A DNA stretch of 64,000 nucleotides, from assembly GCA_047495785.1 (NCBI GenBank), contig JBLDXI010000033.1, forward strand, positions 372,001 through 436,000, read 5' to 3'. Shown here in pieces: positions 22,191 to 32,676 of the stretch. The number at the start of each line of letters is the position of its first letter. Position 1 is the stretch's first letter. The notes beneath the pieces were generated by a model. It was not told the DNA's origin. It ran no database searches and worked only from the letters and a program-made list of their open reading frames with translations. The stretch comes from Lepidodermella squamata (Eukaryota; Animalia; Gastrotricha). The position numbers were made by a program, and so were the translations under genes.

Positions 22191-23342
22191 TTATTTAAAA
22201 TGTGCCACAGAGAGTGCGTAGAGATTCAGAGCTAGAAAAGCGAGTGATACAAGAGTGAACATTGTTAGATCTATCAAAAATATTGCTTGTATGCTATATC
22301 CTCTACTGGAACAGCAGATAATTCTCTTCGATAAACCTCGTATGTTTCTGAAACAATAAATTGAAGCTAGAGAGTAGGCTGAGCATAACCACGAAATGAC
22401 AGCACAAAAATTGGTATAATTTAACAAAAACACTCTATAAGGCTTCATAGGAATTCGGTTATTGATATCGGTTTGAAGGAAAGTTATTGCGAGCAGAAGA
22501 GTCATCGAAAAAACAGGCCTATCCGCCTCTTGGGGAGGGAGAAAGAAGGCGAATAGGTTGAGACTCGCTAGCAAACAAGATGGAACCATCAAATTGTAAA
22601 CGTAAGAAGCTGACTTTCTTGCCATTTTCAGCTTATATATGGCTGAGCTGCGGTTTCCATCGATGAAAATCGTCCCGATCTCTGTCGACGCATTGATAAA
22701 AGTCCAATCGTGACCGAGTTGCATGAAACCAGGTAGAATTACGATATCTAGATTCGTGAACCTCGCTCCGCTTTCATTTTCTTGAATCATGAAAATTACG
22801 AAGCACTCTTGCGTATCGAACGGGAATTTTATCAGATCCATCAAACAGTATGAGGTGAAAATGCCGTAGCGTTGCAGCGAGAAGCTCAAGGTTTGTCGCA
22901 CGCCAAAGGGCAGTTGCACGTAAAATCTACCTGAAAATCCATCAGTCATGCCGTAGCTGTAAACAGTGTTTTGGTGGTTAATATGTGGCGCCCAAGCCGA
23001 GCCTTGGTCCAGGAAGAAAAATGTTTTCGGCATAGGATAATCATAGCTCTCGCATGATACATTCCAGTCAAAACGGATCGATCCTGAGACTGATAACGTT
23101 TCCTCCACATCGTCTATATCTCGAAACACTCGCAAGTGGAGGATGGCGGAGAAGTTGGTTTCTTGACACGGCCAATCCGGGGCGTTTGAAGTGCCATGCA
23201 AGCAAGATGGGACATAAACTTCTGGCAGAAGGTGACTGCAGTTCCGCAGCATTTCACTAGTCCTAGGATCACTCGGACTTGCTAGACCATTTCCACTCAT
23301 TACGAAAATGATCAGATGTGACACCAACTCGCATCTGATCAT
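22191..23342 (-). CDS. Divergent intronless Cys-loop pLGIC subunit (left clade)
   Basis: Cys-loop CLMDLIKFPFDTQEC; loop C GNRS; M2 ADRPVFSMTLLLA. Confidence 0.93.
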   Translation of the reverse strand: MIRCELVSHLIIFVMSGNGLASPSDPRTSEMLRNCSHLLPEVYVPSCLHGTSNAPDWPCQETNFSAILHLRVFRDIDDVEETLSVSGSIRFDWNVSCESYDYPMPKTFFFLDQGSAWAPHINHQNTVYSYGMTDGFSGRFYVQLPFGVRQTLSFSLQRYGIFTSYCLMDLIKFPFDTQECFVIFMIQENESGARFTNLDIVILPGFMQLGHDWTFINASTEIGTIFIDGNRSSAIYKLKMARKSASYVYNLMVPSCLLASLNLFAFFLPPQEADRPVFSMTLLLAITFLQTDINNRIPMKPYRVFLLNYTNFCAVISWLCSAYSLASIYCFRNIRGLSKRIICCSSRGYSIQAIFLIDLTMFTLVSLAFLALNLYALSVAHFK

Positions 23343-24519
23343 AATTCATGCCGTATAATATATTATTCAAAGTCGACTCCTGGCACGAGGAATTCATCGG
23401 TCGATTGTAATAACTTGCTTCCGTCAGCGCGGAGCAAACATACTTCCATATATAACATGATCTCCGCGTGTTTGCTGAAGGTAAATTTCTAGGTAAACAC
23501 ACAGTGGTCTTTATTCTATGCTTCGCTCATATAAACAAAGCACTCGTCATGCTCACGCGTTCGTGCGGAACATTAACGCTTTTTCAATCAGGCTACGAAC
23601 CAACGTATTGTGTCATGGAAAATAGGCGAAGTCATTAAAGTTCAAACGAGACGCACTCACCAAACTGCGCAGAGAAGAACTAAACTTCGAAATTATTTAT
23701 GTGATTATTCGAACTACATATATAGCCTGGATGTTTGAAACAAAGTCAATTTGTTGATAAGAATCGCTGATGATGTTTCCTGACAACGCTTGAATGTTTT
23801 TTGAAGGTGCAAGGTGCAACCATTAAAAATAGGTCATATGGAAAAATATTCCATATGTTCAAGCTCCCTCGCAACCTGGTGTCATTCGACCATTCAGGCC
23901 GTCGCGCGCGTCGGAAAAAGTGTCCACAAATCGACTTATCGAGATGAATCGAAGAGACGTAGTTTTCCAACTTTGCTCTATACATCAGGATTACCAGTAA
24001 AGGTTAACAAGGTTAAAGGTTAACAATAACAGTTAGCAAGTGTTATTAGCCACGACGTTCATCCGGTGATGCCAGCCCTTCACGCCGCTTTTTGCTCTGA
24101 AACAGATTACTTCTAATTGATCATTTCCACAAGCTTGCCAGCAAGCGTAATTCGATCGCAAACTTGCGCTTGAAACGTGGAACAGCGTGTTAATAGGGCG
24201 TAGTTCCTCCTGATAACCACTTATGCTGCTTATTAGCGGTCTCATTTGCTTCAAAAGACGGCATGATGCGCTCGGAAAGCGGCGGCGAAAGGGCGGGATA
24301 TGGCATTTAATATGGGAGTCGGCTCGTCTGTGCTCCTCAATTAATTAGTCCATCTATTTTCTCTTTGAGAAGATTTTATTCCTGTTGAACTTTTGATTTC
24401 AGAGTCATTTTCTTACCCATCATCAATCAATCAGTTTGCTGTTTTGCTATTATTATCTGAACCATACATTTTCTTTTTCTTGCGAATTTGAAGACTTTTC
24501 GAAATCTTCCTAGGTTGAG

Positions 24520-25603
24520 ATGAGAATCATTCTGTTTTCACTGACGTTGACTCTATTGAAAGAGACCAATTCACAAATATCGGAGCTCATCAAGCAGCAG
24601 ACGACCGAAATAATGACAAACTGTTCGCATGTTTCGCCAGAAATATACTCGCCATCTTGTACCGAGGGTGGATCATATCAGCGATATCAGCGAAGTTTTC
24701 ACATTTTCCGGGTCTCTCAGAGTTTCTTGGAATGTGTATTGTGACAACTATTACTTCCCTCGGCAAAAGACGATTCTTTTAGACCCTTCTTATTTCTGGA
24801 AGCCGAACATAAATCACAAAAACACGAACGAAGATTATGGAATGAGCAACGGATTTACAAGTCGACTTTTTGTTAAAAATCTCAAGAATAACACCCTTGA
24901 ATTTACATGGCAACGCTACGGAGTATTTTCCTCCCTTTGCGATCTCAACTTCGCCGAGTTTCCATTCGATGAACAGACATGCAAGCTGGAATTGACGATG
25001 CAAGAATTTACAAGCGCCGTCGGCTTCGTCTCGGCTAATCTCGATTTGAAGCCAACGTTCATCAGCACCGAGAAAACTGGTTGGCTACTGATTGAGACAA
25101 ATACTGGCATCGGCGTTGTCGATATGCTAGGAGCCCGGAGTTATGCTTATTTTTCGTTCAAGCTGCGCCGTGCTCCAGAGTTCTACATCAGCAATTTGAT
25201 TTTGCCATGCGTGCTGCTCTCCGGTATTAATCTTGTCTTGCTCTCCCTACCGGCAACAACTCCCGATCGGCCGATGATAAGCGTGACCCTGCTACTAGCC
25301 GAGACCTTCCTTCAGAACAGCATCTTAAGCCATGTTCCAGCGAAGCCGCAGCGAATGTTTCTAGCGACCTACACAGGCCTCGGGATTGCGATGTCTTGGG
25401 CTCTAACAGTGTACTCACTTGCGATTTGCGGATCCATCAGCATTTTTCCTAAGTGGTTCAAAAAGAAAATTCCTTTGTCCAAAACCTTCATAGTTAATCG
25501 GTATCGTTTGATTGATTCAGTGGTTGGAATGATGGCCTTTGTTATGTTTTGCGCTATCAACGGTTTCGCTCTTCATGTTGCCTTGAAGTTCAGTTCAAAG
25601 TGA
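24520..25603 (+). pseudogene. Frameshifted pLGIC subunit (D2), about 65-nt deletion
   Basis: N-terminus ...SPSCTEGGS (frame of 24520) jumps at 24675/24676 to ISDISEVFTFSG in another frame. Relative to 21021..22172, 22 codons minus 1 nt are missing. The rest of the ORF is intact (Cys-loop CDLNFAEFPFDEQTC). Confidence 0.85.
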
Positions 25604-25948
25604 ATATTGACACATTCAATTAAATCAATGACGTATCAAATGACTACGTCTTGTTTGCCAAATCAATTGGGCGGTTGTTTTGCATGCCTATTTTTGCCGC
25701 TCGATATACCTGGGTAAATTTCGAGAAAAGTAAATAAATCTGGTAAAAAACATTGATGACGCACAGGATTGTATTCTACACAAATTAAAGGCAATTTATA
25801 TTCATGAAACTGCAAAGTTCTGATTTGCATTCAATAACTAATCAATCATGCACGCCGAATTAAACATTCAGATTTGATTAGTTTCTCCCGTTGGTGTTTA
25901 CTCGTAACCGGACCCAGCGATATTAACTGGGACCGATCTAGAATCTAG

Positions 25949-27139
25949 ATGCTGGTAATAGAGCAAGTTCAAATTATGGCAATATTCAAGATGAGTTTGC
26001 TCACACTTTTACTCCTGATGCCGATGGCAGCTCTGGCTGATATGGCTTGGGTAGAAATTTCACAGCACCAAATGAATGATATAATAGTCAAATGCCCACA
26101 TGTCACCAGTGAAATCTACTCACCGTCTTGCGTTGAAGGTGGATCAACAACAACCGAAATTTGCAAGCAGACATCAGTGAGCGCCCTATTGCAGGCCGAA
26201 TACTTGCACGGAATCAACGATGTTACCGAGGTTTTCACCTTCGCTGGGTCTTTACGGCTATCCTGGACAGTTTACTGTGAAGATTACGACTTCCCACGGC
26301 CTAAAACGGTCTCGCTTGATTCGAATTACTTCTGGAAGCCAAACGTCAATCACAAGAATACGTTTGATGACTACGGCATGAGTGACGGATTCAACAGTCG
26401 TTTTTTCGTGAAAAACCTAAAAAATCATACGCTTGAATTTACGTGGCAGCGTTATGGCGTCATTTCATCTATGTGCAGCCTGGACATTGCCTATTTCCCT
26501 TTTGATAAGCAAACGTGTAAAGTCGAGCTGAACATGCTCGAATTCATCAGCGCTGTTGGCTTTGTAACAGCGACAGTCGATATCAAACCGAGCTTTGCAA
26601 GTAGCGATAAAACGGGGTGGCTGTTAGTTAGTGGCAGCTCTTCCGTAGGCGATGTTGACGCGCTAGGAAACCGAAGTGCAGCATTCTTCTGGTTCACCTT
26701 TCGCCGCTCTCCCGAGTACTATTTAAACAACTTGGTCCTGCCAATTATTTTGCTAGCTAGTCTCAACTTAGCGTCTCTCTTCATCGCTCCTGACAGTCCA
26801 GACAGGCCAAACTTCAATATGACCCTTCTGCTCGCCCAAACGTTTTTCCAAAGCAGCGTCCTTACTTACGTGCCACAGAAGCCGCAGAGAATGTTCCTGA
26901 CAACATTCACCGCTATGTGGATAATCTATTCGTGGGCTCTAACGATGTACTCATGTGCTGCTTGTGGCCTAGTCAATTACTTTCCACGCTGGTTCGACAG
27001 GAAAGTTACCCTAAGAGCGAAAATACGCTTCACTAGAATTCAAATTGTTGATTTTGCCGTTTCTTTATTTGGAATTACTATTTTCTTCGCCATATGTGGC
27101 TATGCCTTAGATGTTGCCTCAAAGTGTGGCTATCTGTAA
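25949..27139 (+). CDS. Divergent intronless Cys-loop pLGIC subunit (left clade, D2)
   Basis: Cys-loop CSLDIAYFPFDKQTC; M2 PDRPNFNMTLLLA; true start may be a downstream ATG. Confidence 0.92.
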   Translation: MLVIEQVQIMAIFKMSLLTLLLLMPMAALADMAWVEISQHQMNDIIVKCPHVTSEIYSPSCVEGGSTTTEICKQTSVSALLQAEYLHGINDVTEVFTFAGSLRLSWTVYCEDYDFPRPKTVSLDSNYFWKPNVNHKNTFDDYGMSDGFNSRFFVKNLKNHTLEFTWQRYGVISSMCSLDIAYFPFDKQTCKVELNMLEFISAVGFVTATVDIKPSFASSDKTGWLLVSGSSSVGDVDALGNRSAAFFWFTFRRSPEYYLNNLVLPIILLASLNLASLFIAPDSPDRPNFNMTLLLAQTFFQSSVLTYVPQKPQRMFLTTFTAMWIIYSWALTMYSCAACGLVNYFPRWFDRKVTLRAKIRFTRIQIVDFAVSLFGITIFFAICGYALDVASKCGYL

Positions 27140-27889
27140 AGAATGAGCTGATGTACTGGTTTCGACTTTTCCCAATAAAAAACAACGCTATTTCGGGATT
27201 TTGTTGTTGCCAAGAGCTGGAGATAAAGCCCCGCCCGTTTTTCATGAGCACTCAAGCGTGAACGTCGCTTTTGCTAGCTAGCCCAGGGAATCGAAAAAAG
27301 TGCGATAGAGAATATCCAACCAGAACCTGCCATAAATATTCAAATCGCCGGTCTAGCGCATCCGCCCGTAATGGAAGGCCATTCTGGGGATTTCCTGTTG
27401 ATATATTTAAAAATAAATGACAACATTGTGGGCGAGCCATTTTCATCATGTTTACATTACAACTCATTTTTCATATTTTCATAGTTTTTCGTTGTAACTC
27501 AATAGCCCCCGATAAATCTATCGCTTTAAACAGCAAATCAAGGTTAAAGTTGCCCAAGCTCTGAGCAGAGACCTTCAATCCGATTTCGCTCTCCCAACTT
27601 TGATCAGGTAATAGGGCCAGAAACTTCTGCCAAACTCTCCTTCATGCGTGTGAATTGTAAACAAATCTAGTACGCACATCTTCAATGCGTGCGAAGAATA
27701 CTTAACTATCGGCATGAAAGTTTTATTTGACAAACACCGTCGCCTGCCACTTATTTTTAATCGAAGTGCCGCTATGGATCTCATTATCAATTTACACAGG
27801 AATCGATGTCTTAATATCATCAGACGATTTTCTTAAATGCTTGAAACTTTCTTGCTGAGAGCATTTTTTGTCTTATAGATCTTATAAAG

Positions 27890-29041
27890 ATGAATTATGA
27901 AAGCGTTCTTTTGATTCTATTGCTTTCTCGGCCAGCTTGGCTTCAACTGCTCGATATCACGCAGCAGCAAATGAATGAGCTAATGGTCAATTGCTCTCAT
28001 GTCTCAATCGAACTTTACTCGCCAACCTGCAACGAAGGCGGATCGGCAGTTACGCCGATTTGCAAGCAAACAAAAGTGTCAGCCCTCGTTCAGGCCGAAT
28101 ATTTGCATGGGATCAACGACGTTTCGGAGGTCTTCACTTTTTCTGGCTCGCTGCGACTCTCATGGAATGTCGTATGCCAGCAATATGAATATCCACGCCA
28201 GAAGACAATATATTTAGATCCAACTTATTTTTGGAAGCCGAACGTCAACCATAAGAATACCTATGATGATTACGGAATGAGCTCCGGGTTCAATAGTCGA
28301 CTCTTCGTAAAAAATTTGAAAAATCAAACCTTGGAGTTCACCTGGCAACGATATGGTGTGTTTTCATCCCTTTGCAACCTTGACTTCGCAAACTTCCCGT
28401 TTGACGAACAAAGCTGCCGCATCGAGTTGGCCATGCTTGAATTCACAAGTGCCGCGGCTTTTTCAACCGCGAAACTGGACGTTAAGCCAAGCTTCGTCGA
28501 CACCCACAAGAGCGGATGGAAATTCTTAGAGTCGAATTCTTCGATTTATGTCGTAGACATGTTGGGAAACCGAAGCGCTGCTTGGTTCTCGTTCAAGCTA
28601 CGCCGATCTCCTGAGTATTATATCAACAATTTGATATTACCGTGTATTTTGTTAGCCAGCCTCAACCTGGCGTCGTTGTTCATCCCAGCTCACAGTCCTG
28701 ATCGTCCGATGTTCAACATGACCCTGCTGCTCGCCCAGACCTTTCTTCAGGGCAGCGTTCTCACATACGTGCCCCAGAAGCCACAAAGAATGTTCTTGAC
28801 AACTTACACTGGGTTATGGATTATCTTCTCTTGGGCTTTGACAATATATTCCTGTGCCGCATGCGGTCTAGTAGCTTTCTATGCTAAATGGTTCGATAAG
28901 AAAATGTCCCTATATGGCAAGTTTCGCGTTCGCCGCTTGCGACTGGTCGACTTTTTGTTTTCTATGGTTGGACTCGGCTTGTTCTGCGCAATCAACGGTT
29001 ACGCCTTAGATATGGCTGCAAAAGTTGGTTATCAATTCTGA
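27890..29041 (+). CDS. Divergent intronless Cys-loop pLGIC subunit (left clade, D2)
   Basis: Cys-loop CNLDFANFPFDEQSC; M2 PDRPMFNMTLLLA. Confidence 0.93.
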   Translation: MNYESVLLILLLSRPAWLQLLDITQQQMNELMVNCSHVSIELYSPTCNEGGSAVTPICKQTKVSALVQAEYLHGINDVSEVFTFSGSLRLSWNVVCQQYEYPRQKTIYLDPTYFWKPNVNHKNTYDDYGMSSGFNSRLFVKNLKNQTLEFTWQRYGVFSSLCNLDFANFPFDEQSCRIELAMLEFTSAAAFSTAKLDVKPSFVDTHKSGWKFLESNSSIYVVDMLGNRSAAWFSFKLRRSPEYYINNLILPCILLASLNLASLFIPAHSPDRPMFNMTLLLAQTFLQGSVLTYVPQKPQRMFLTTYTGLWIIFSWALTIYSCAACGLVAFYAKWFDKKMSLYGKFRVRRLRLVDFLFSMVGLGLFCAINGYALDMAAKVGYQF

Positions 29042-29832
29042 TTTCCCTTAGTAGCACAGATAGGCCTTCAGCTCCTCAATTTATGCATGCAAATTCAAAT
29101 TCATATCGTTTTGACAAGCTGTGGATTCAGCTAGGAGATACAAAATGTTGTGATCCTTTTTAATAAAATTGCGAAACCCATAAGATTTATGGTCCTCTCG
29201 ATGAACTTTTACAGCTGTAATATCATTCGAGCAGTGGTGGATCAGCCTGAGCCAGACGTCAGCTGATATTAATAGATCATTACTTCAATAATTGACCAGT
29301 CAGCAGTTACTAGGCAGTTGCATTAAAAGTCAAATTAAAAGTCAACAAAGAATGTTCTGCTGCACATTCCGCACTAAGCCAAAGACCTTGGTTGTTCTTG
29401 GCTATGATAGCAATGATGTACTTTCTTTTGTATTTCGTTTAAGGTTACCTACCGGAAGTGGGGGTACGTACACTCTATTGCAATCTATCAGGCATTGCTA
29501 CTCGAATGTTCCGTGGGAAGAAAATCGAGATTTCTGCCGCTTATGGACATGGCAACGGGCAACGGCGTACATGAAAGGTGGGTGGATCGCCAGAGGGATT
29601 ATTTTCAGTATATCACGTGTATGGGGGTCTGGGGGCCTGGGGGTATTATCTGCGGGTCTGAAATCTAATCGATTGAACGAATCGATAGATAGAATCGCGC
29701 ATTTTCTGCGAAATACAGCGACAGATGACAGATCTCTTTGAAACCAGACTTAATGTTATAAGTTGGGAAATATCAGGAGGATCAGAGGATACGTTTTCTG
29801 AATTTATTCTTTATAAATTGCAATTTAACAGA

Positions 29833-30969
29833 TTAAATGTATTTAGCATTATGCGCAACTGATAAAGCGTAAATATTTATAGCGAAAAAGCAAAATAATG
29901 CCACTGTCAGACCTGCAATGTCCAGGCATCGTTTCTTGGAGATGACAACACATTTGAAAACAACTAAGGCTTTCTTGTCCTGGCACATGTGGGCAAGGCC
30001 ACAAGTCATCAAAGAAAACGCAGTGCAGCCCCACGAAAATAGGGCGAATAAATCGTTGTAATTGCTAAGAAAAATGCGATGCGGCTTCTGCGGGACGCGA
30101 TTCAATATTTCGCCCTGTAGCACAGTCATGGCCAGAAGAATTGTCACCATGAAAACAGGTCGGTCGGACATTTCCGGCGGAATGATGAATGCTGCGAGTT
30201 CCAGTGAGCTCAAAATCAGTATTGGTATCATGAGATTGTAGACATAGAACTGGGGCTTTCTCCGCAAGTTGAACTGGTAAACCAGGCAACTCTGGTTGCC
30301 ATTTAGATCGCTGAATTTCGAATGGATTGACCAACCTTCAACGATCCAGCCTTCATTCGCTGTAGCGAAATTCTTTGAGTATATATTTTTTGCCGGCCTT
30401 GTTGATAGAATTACAGCGGGTGCAGTTTCTTGAACAGTGAAAACAATAGAACATGATTGGCTATCAAAAGGAAACCGGGTGTAATCCATAGGGCATCGAG
30501 ATGAGAAAACACCAACTCGAATCAAAGTGATGTCGATTCTAGAATCTGTGGAGTTAGGATCGAATTCAATGAAAGCTTGATTTGTGAAACCATCGCTCAT
30601 TACGAAATCACTGACTGCATTTGTGTGATGCATATGAGGCTTCCAAACCCCTGTATCGTCAACATTGAACAGAGCCTTGGTCCATAGTTTGAAGTTGGAA
30701 CAAGGCAAAATCCATTCGGCTTCGAGAAGGCCGGAAAATGTTATGATTTCATCGTTATCGTTTATTCCAACCAAAATGTCAGGGTGAAGCTCAATGTCTA
30801 TAAGTGTTGGTTTGCACGGAACCGCACTACGTCCTAATGGGCATGTTGGCGAGTAGAGTGATGGGTTGATCGAATCAGAGCAATTTCGCAGAAATATTCC
30901 ACCAAAATCCTGGCCTTTTGTGCAAATAACCGTCAAGAGAAAACTGAATATTATTTTAAGCGTCGACAT
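29833..30969 (-). CDS. Divergent intronless Cys-loop pLGIC subunit (left clade, D4)
   Basis: Cys-loop CPMDYTRFPFDSQSC; M2 SDRPVFMVTILLAMTV. Confidence 0.93.
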   Translation of the reverse strand: MSTLKIIFSFLLTVICTKGQDFGGIFLRNCSDSINPSLYSPTCPLGRSAVPCKPTLIDIELHPDILVGINDNDEIITFSGLLEAEWILPCSNFKLWTKALFNVDDTGVWKPHMHHTNAVSDFVMSDGFTNQAFIEFDPNSTDSRIDITLIRVGVFSSRCPMDYTRFPFDSQSCSIVFTVQETAPAVILSTRPAKNIYSKNFATANEGWIVEGWSIHSKFSDLNGNQSCLVYQFNLRRKPQFYVYNLMIPILILSSLELAAFIIPPEMSDRPVFMVTILLAMTVLQGEILNRVPQKPHRIFLSNYNDLFALFSWGCTAFSLMTCGLAHMCQDKKALVVFKCVVISKKRCLDIAGLTVALFCFFAINIYALSVAHNAKYI

Positions 30970-31337
30970 CTCTGTGAAGTAAAGGAGGAACTGAGCTGCA
31001 ATGGATGTGAAAGGTAAGTTTACATACTATTATCTTGAATCTTCAAGAGTCTAAAACCCTGTCTCGTTATATGTACTATGGAAACTCTAAAATCTTTAAT
31101 GAATTCGAAGCCCTTTTTCTTACATTACACATTGGCTTCTCAACACCTTTGAGATTCACGGAGACATTTTTCGTTCTTCTCTTGTATTTACTTAGCTTCT
31201 TACCTGCTCTCTAACATGTTATTCAGCCTACAACCGTTAGGCTTTGCGGGACCATTGCAATTCGGTGAACGCGCGATTTAGTGCACCGTGGAAACAAAGA
31301 ACTATATTTATTCAAAATCCTTTATTTTCTTATGAAT

Positions 31338-32477
31338 TCATACATAAGATAAGACCATTAGTACGAAATAGGTAATAGAGACACCATAAGCCAATAGAAC
31401 AATGATAGAAGCAGCAATATCCATAGCTCGACCTTTTCTAATAATGAACAGCGAATGCTCGAACAGACTAGTGGCGTACCAATCTGGATAAGAGTTAGCT
31501 AACCCACAAGTAACCAGGGAATAGAATGTTAAAATGCTAGTGATAAATTCGGAGCACTTCATGAATGCCGACAGCATGACAAATCCTGGTTTTAATGGCA
31601 GGTATTGCAAGCAGTCGGCTTCCATGAAAACCAGTGCTAAAAGAATGGTCACTGCTAGAACTGGCCGATCTGAGAGATGGGGATCCAAGAGTAGAATGAT
31701 GAATACCATAGATGTCAGGATAACAAACGGTAGAATTATATTCCATATGTAAAACTCGGGTTTCCTTCGAAATGTGAAGATATACTCGTAAGTCATTTCG
31801 TTGCTAATCACAACCGACCTGTTGACGATATGCCAGTTGTCGACGAGTACCCGATGAGAGTTATAAATCTCTGCCATGTTGTCATTCAACAATTTATAAT
31901 AATGTTTCGTTGTGACAATTTGTAGTTTGACGCCACAAATTTGAGTATCAAACGGGAAAAACGAAATATCGAGATTACAAGTTGAAGTCAGTCTGGCATT
32001 GAAGCTCCAATCAAAGCGAATGCTCTCATTACGCCTCATTAACACGATCATTTGCGAGATTCTTCTGTCGCTCATGTGAGTGACGGATGGGTTGAGATGG
32101 ATAAATTTAGGCCGCCAGAACATAGTGTCAAGAACCGGGAAAGAAAAATTGTGCTTAGGGCCAAGCTTCGCAATGGTAGGTGGCCAATTGCACGAGCCCT
32201 TCCACTGCACGTTAAACTGCAGCGATGCTGAAAAACTCTGCAACTGATCGTCGATAGCTTCAACTTTACCAGCTATGACTCTTAATTTCACTTTGGCCAC
32301 TGCAGATGTCCTACAGCCTTCCGAGGCATTATAATTAAAACAGAGTGGGCTCCGACTCTCTGGGCCGAGGTTCGAACAGTTTGATAGCAGGCTTAGGGCT
32401 CTTTGCAGGGATAATTCATTTGCAGAAGAGAGTGAAGCGTAAAACAAAAAACCTGATAAAATAATACTTGTTAGCAT
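31338..32477 (-). CDS. Divergent intronless Cys-loop pLGIC subunit, type A
   Basis: Cys-loop CNLDISFFPFDTQIC; very short loop C; M2 SDRPVLAVTILLALVFME. Confidence 0.92.
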   Translation of the reverse strand: MLTSIILSGFLFYASLSSANELSLQRALSLLSNCSNLGPESRSPLCFNYNASEGCRTSAVAKVKLRVIAGKVEAIDDQLQSFSASLQFNVQWKGSCNWPPTIAKLGPKHNFSFPVLDTMFWRPKFIHLNPSVTHMSDRRISQMIVLMRRNESIRFDWSFNARLTSTCNLDISFFPFDTQICGVKLQIVTTKHYYKLLNDNMAEIYNSHRVLVDNWHIVNRSVVISNEMTYEYIFTFRRKPEFYIWNIILPFVILTSMVFIILLLDPHLSDRPVLAVTILLALVFMEADCLQYLPLKPGFVMLSAFMKCSEFITSILTFYSLVTCGLANSYPDWYATSLFEHSLFIIRKGRAMDIAASIIVLLAYGVSITYFVLMVLSYV

Positions 32478-32524
32478 ATTTTATCAGATAGATCAGAATT
32501 CAAATCACGAAAGCATCATACTAG

Positions 32525-32560
32525 CTCGGCGTGTTTACTCTATGCATCAAATTTCCGACT
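32525..32560 (-). promoter_or_regulatory. Conserved upstream motif of type A genes (forkhead-like TGTTTRC + ETS-like TTCCG)
   Basis: ggcKTGTTTRC..x..RTCRAAYTTCCG lies 55-90 bp upstream of all four type A starts (32532, 41875, 52193, 56329). Confidence 0.45.
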
Positions 32561-32676
32561 TCACACGTGGGCAGTGCAAATTTCAAACAGAAATATGATT
32601 GTCATAGTCGAATTGAAGAGATGAAAAACTAAAGGATGAACGCTACGAGAGATGTTGATCAGGCTTAATGATTCAG

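Noticed and set aside
29292-29741. 149-aa plus-strand ORF as a gene
   Set aside because: It has a non-ATG start and no recognisable motif, and its 3' part is homologous to non-coding flank duplicated at 34065/35572.
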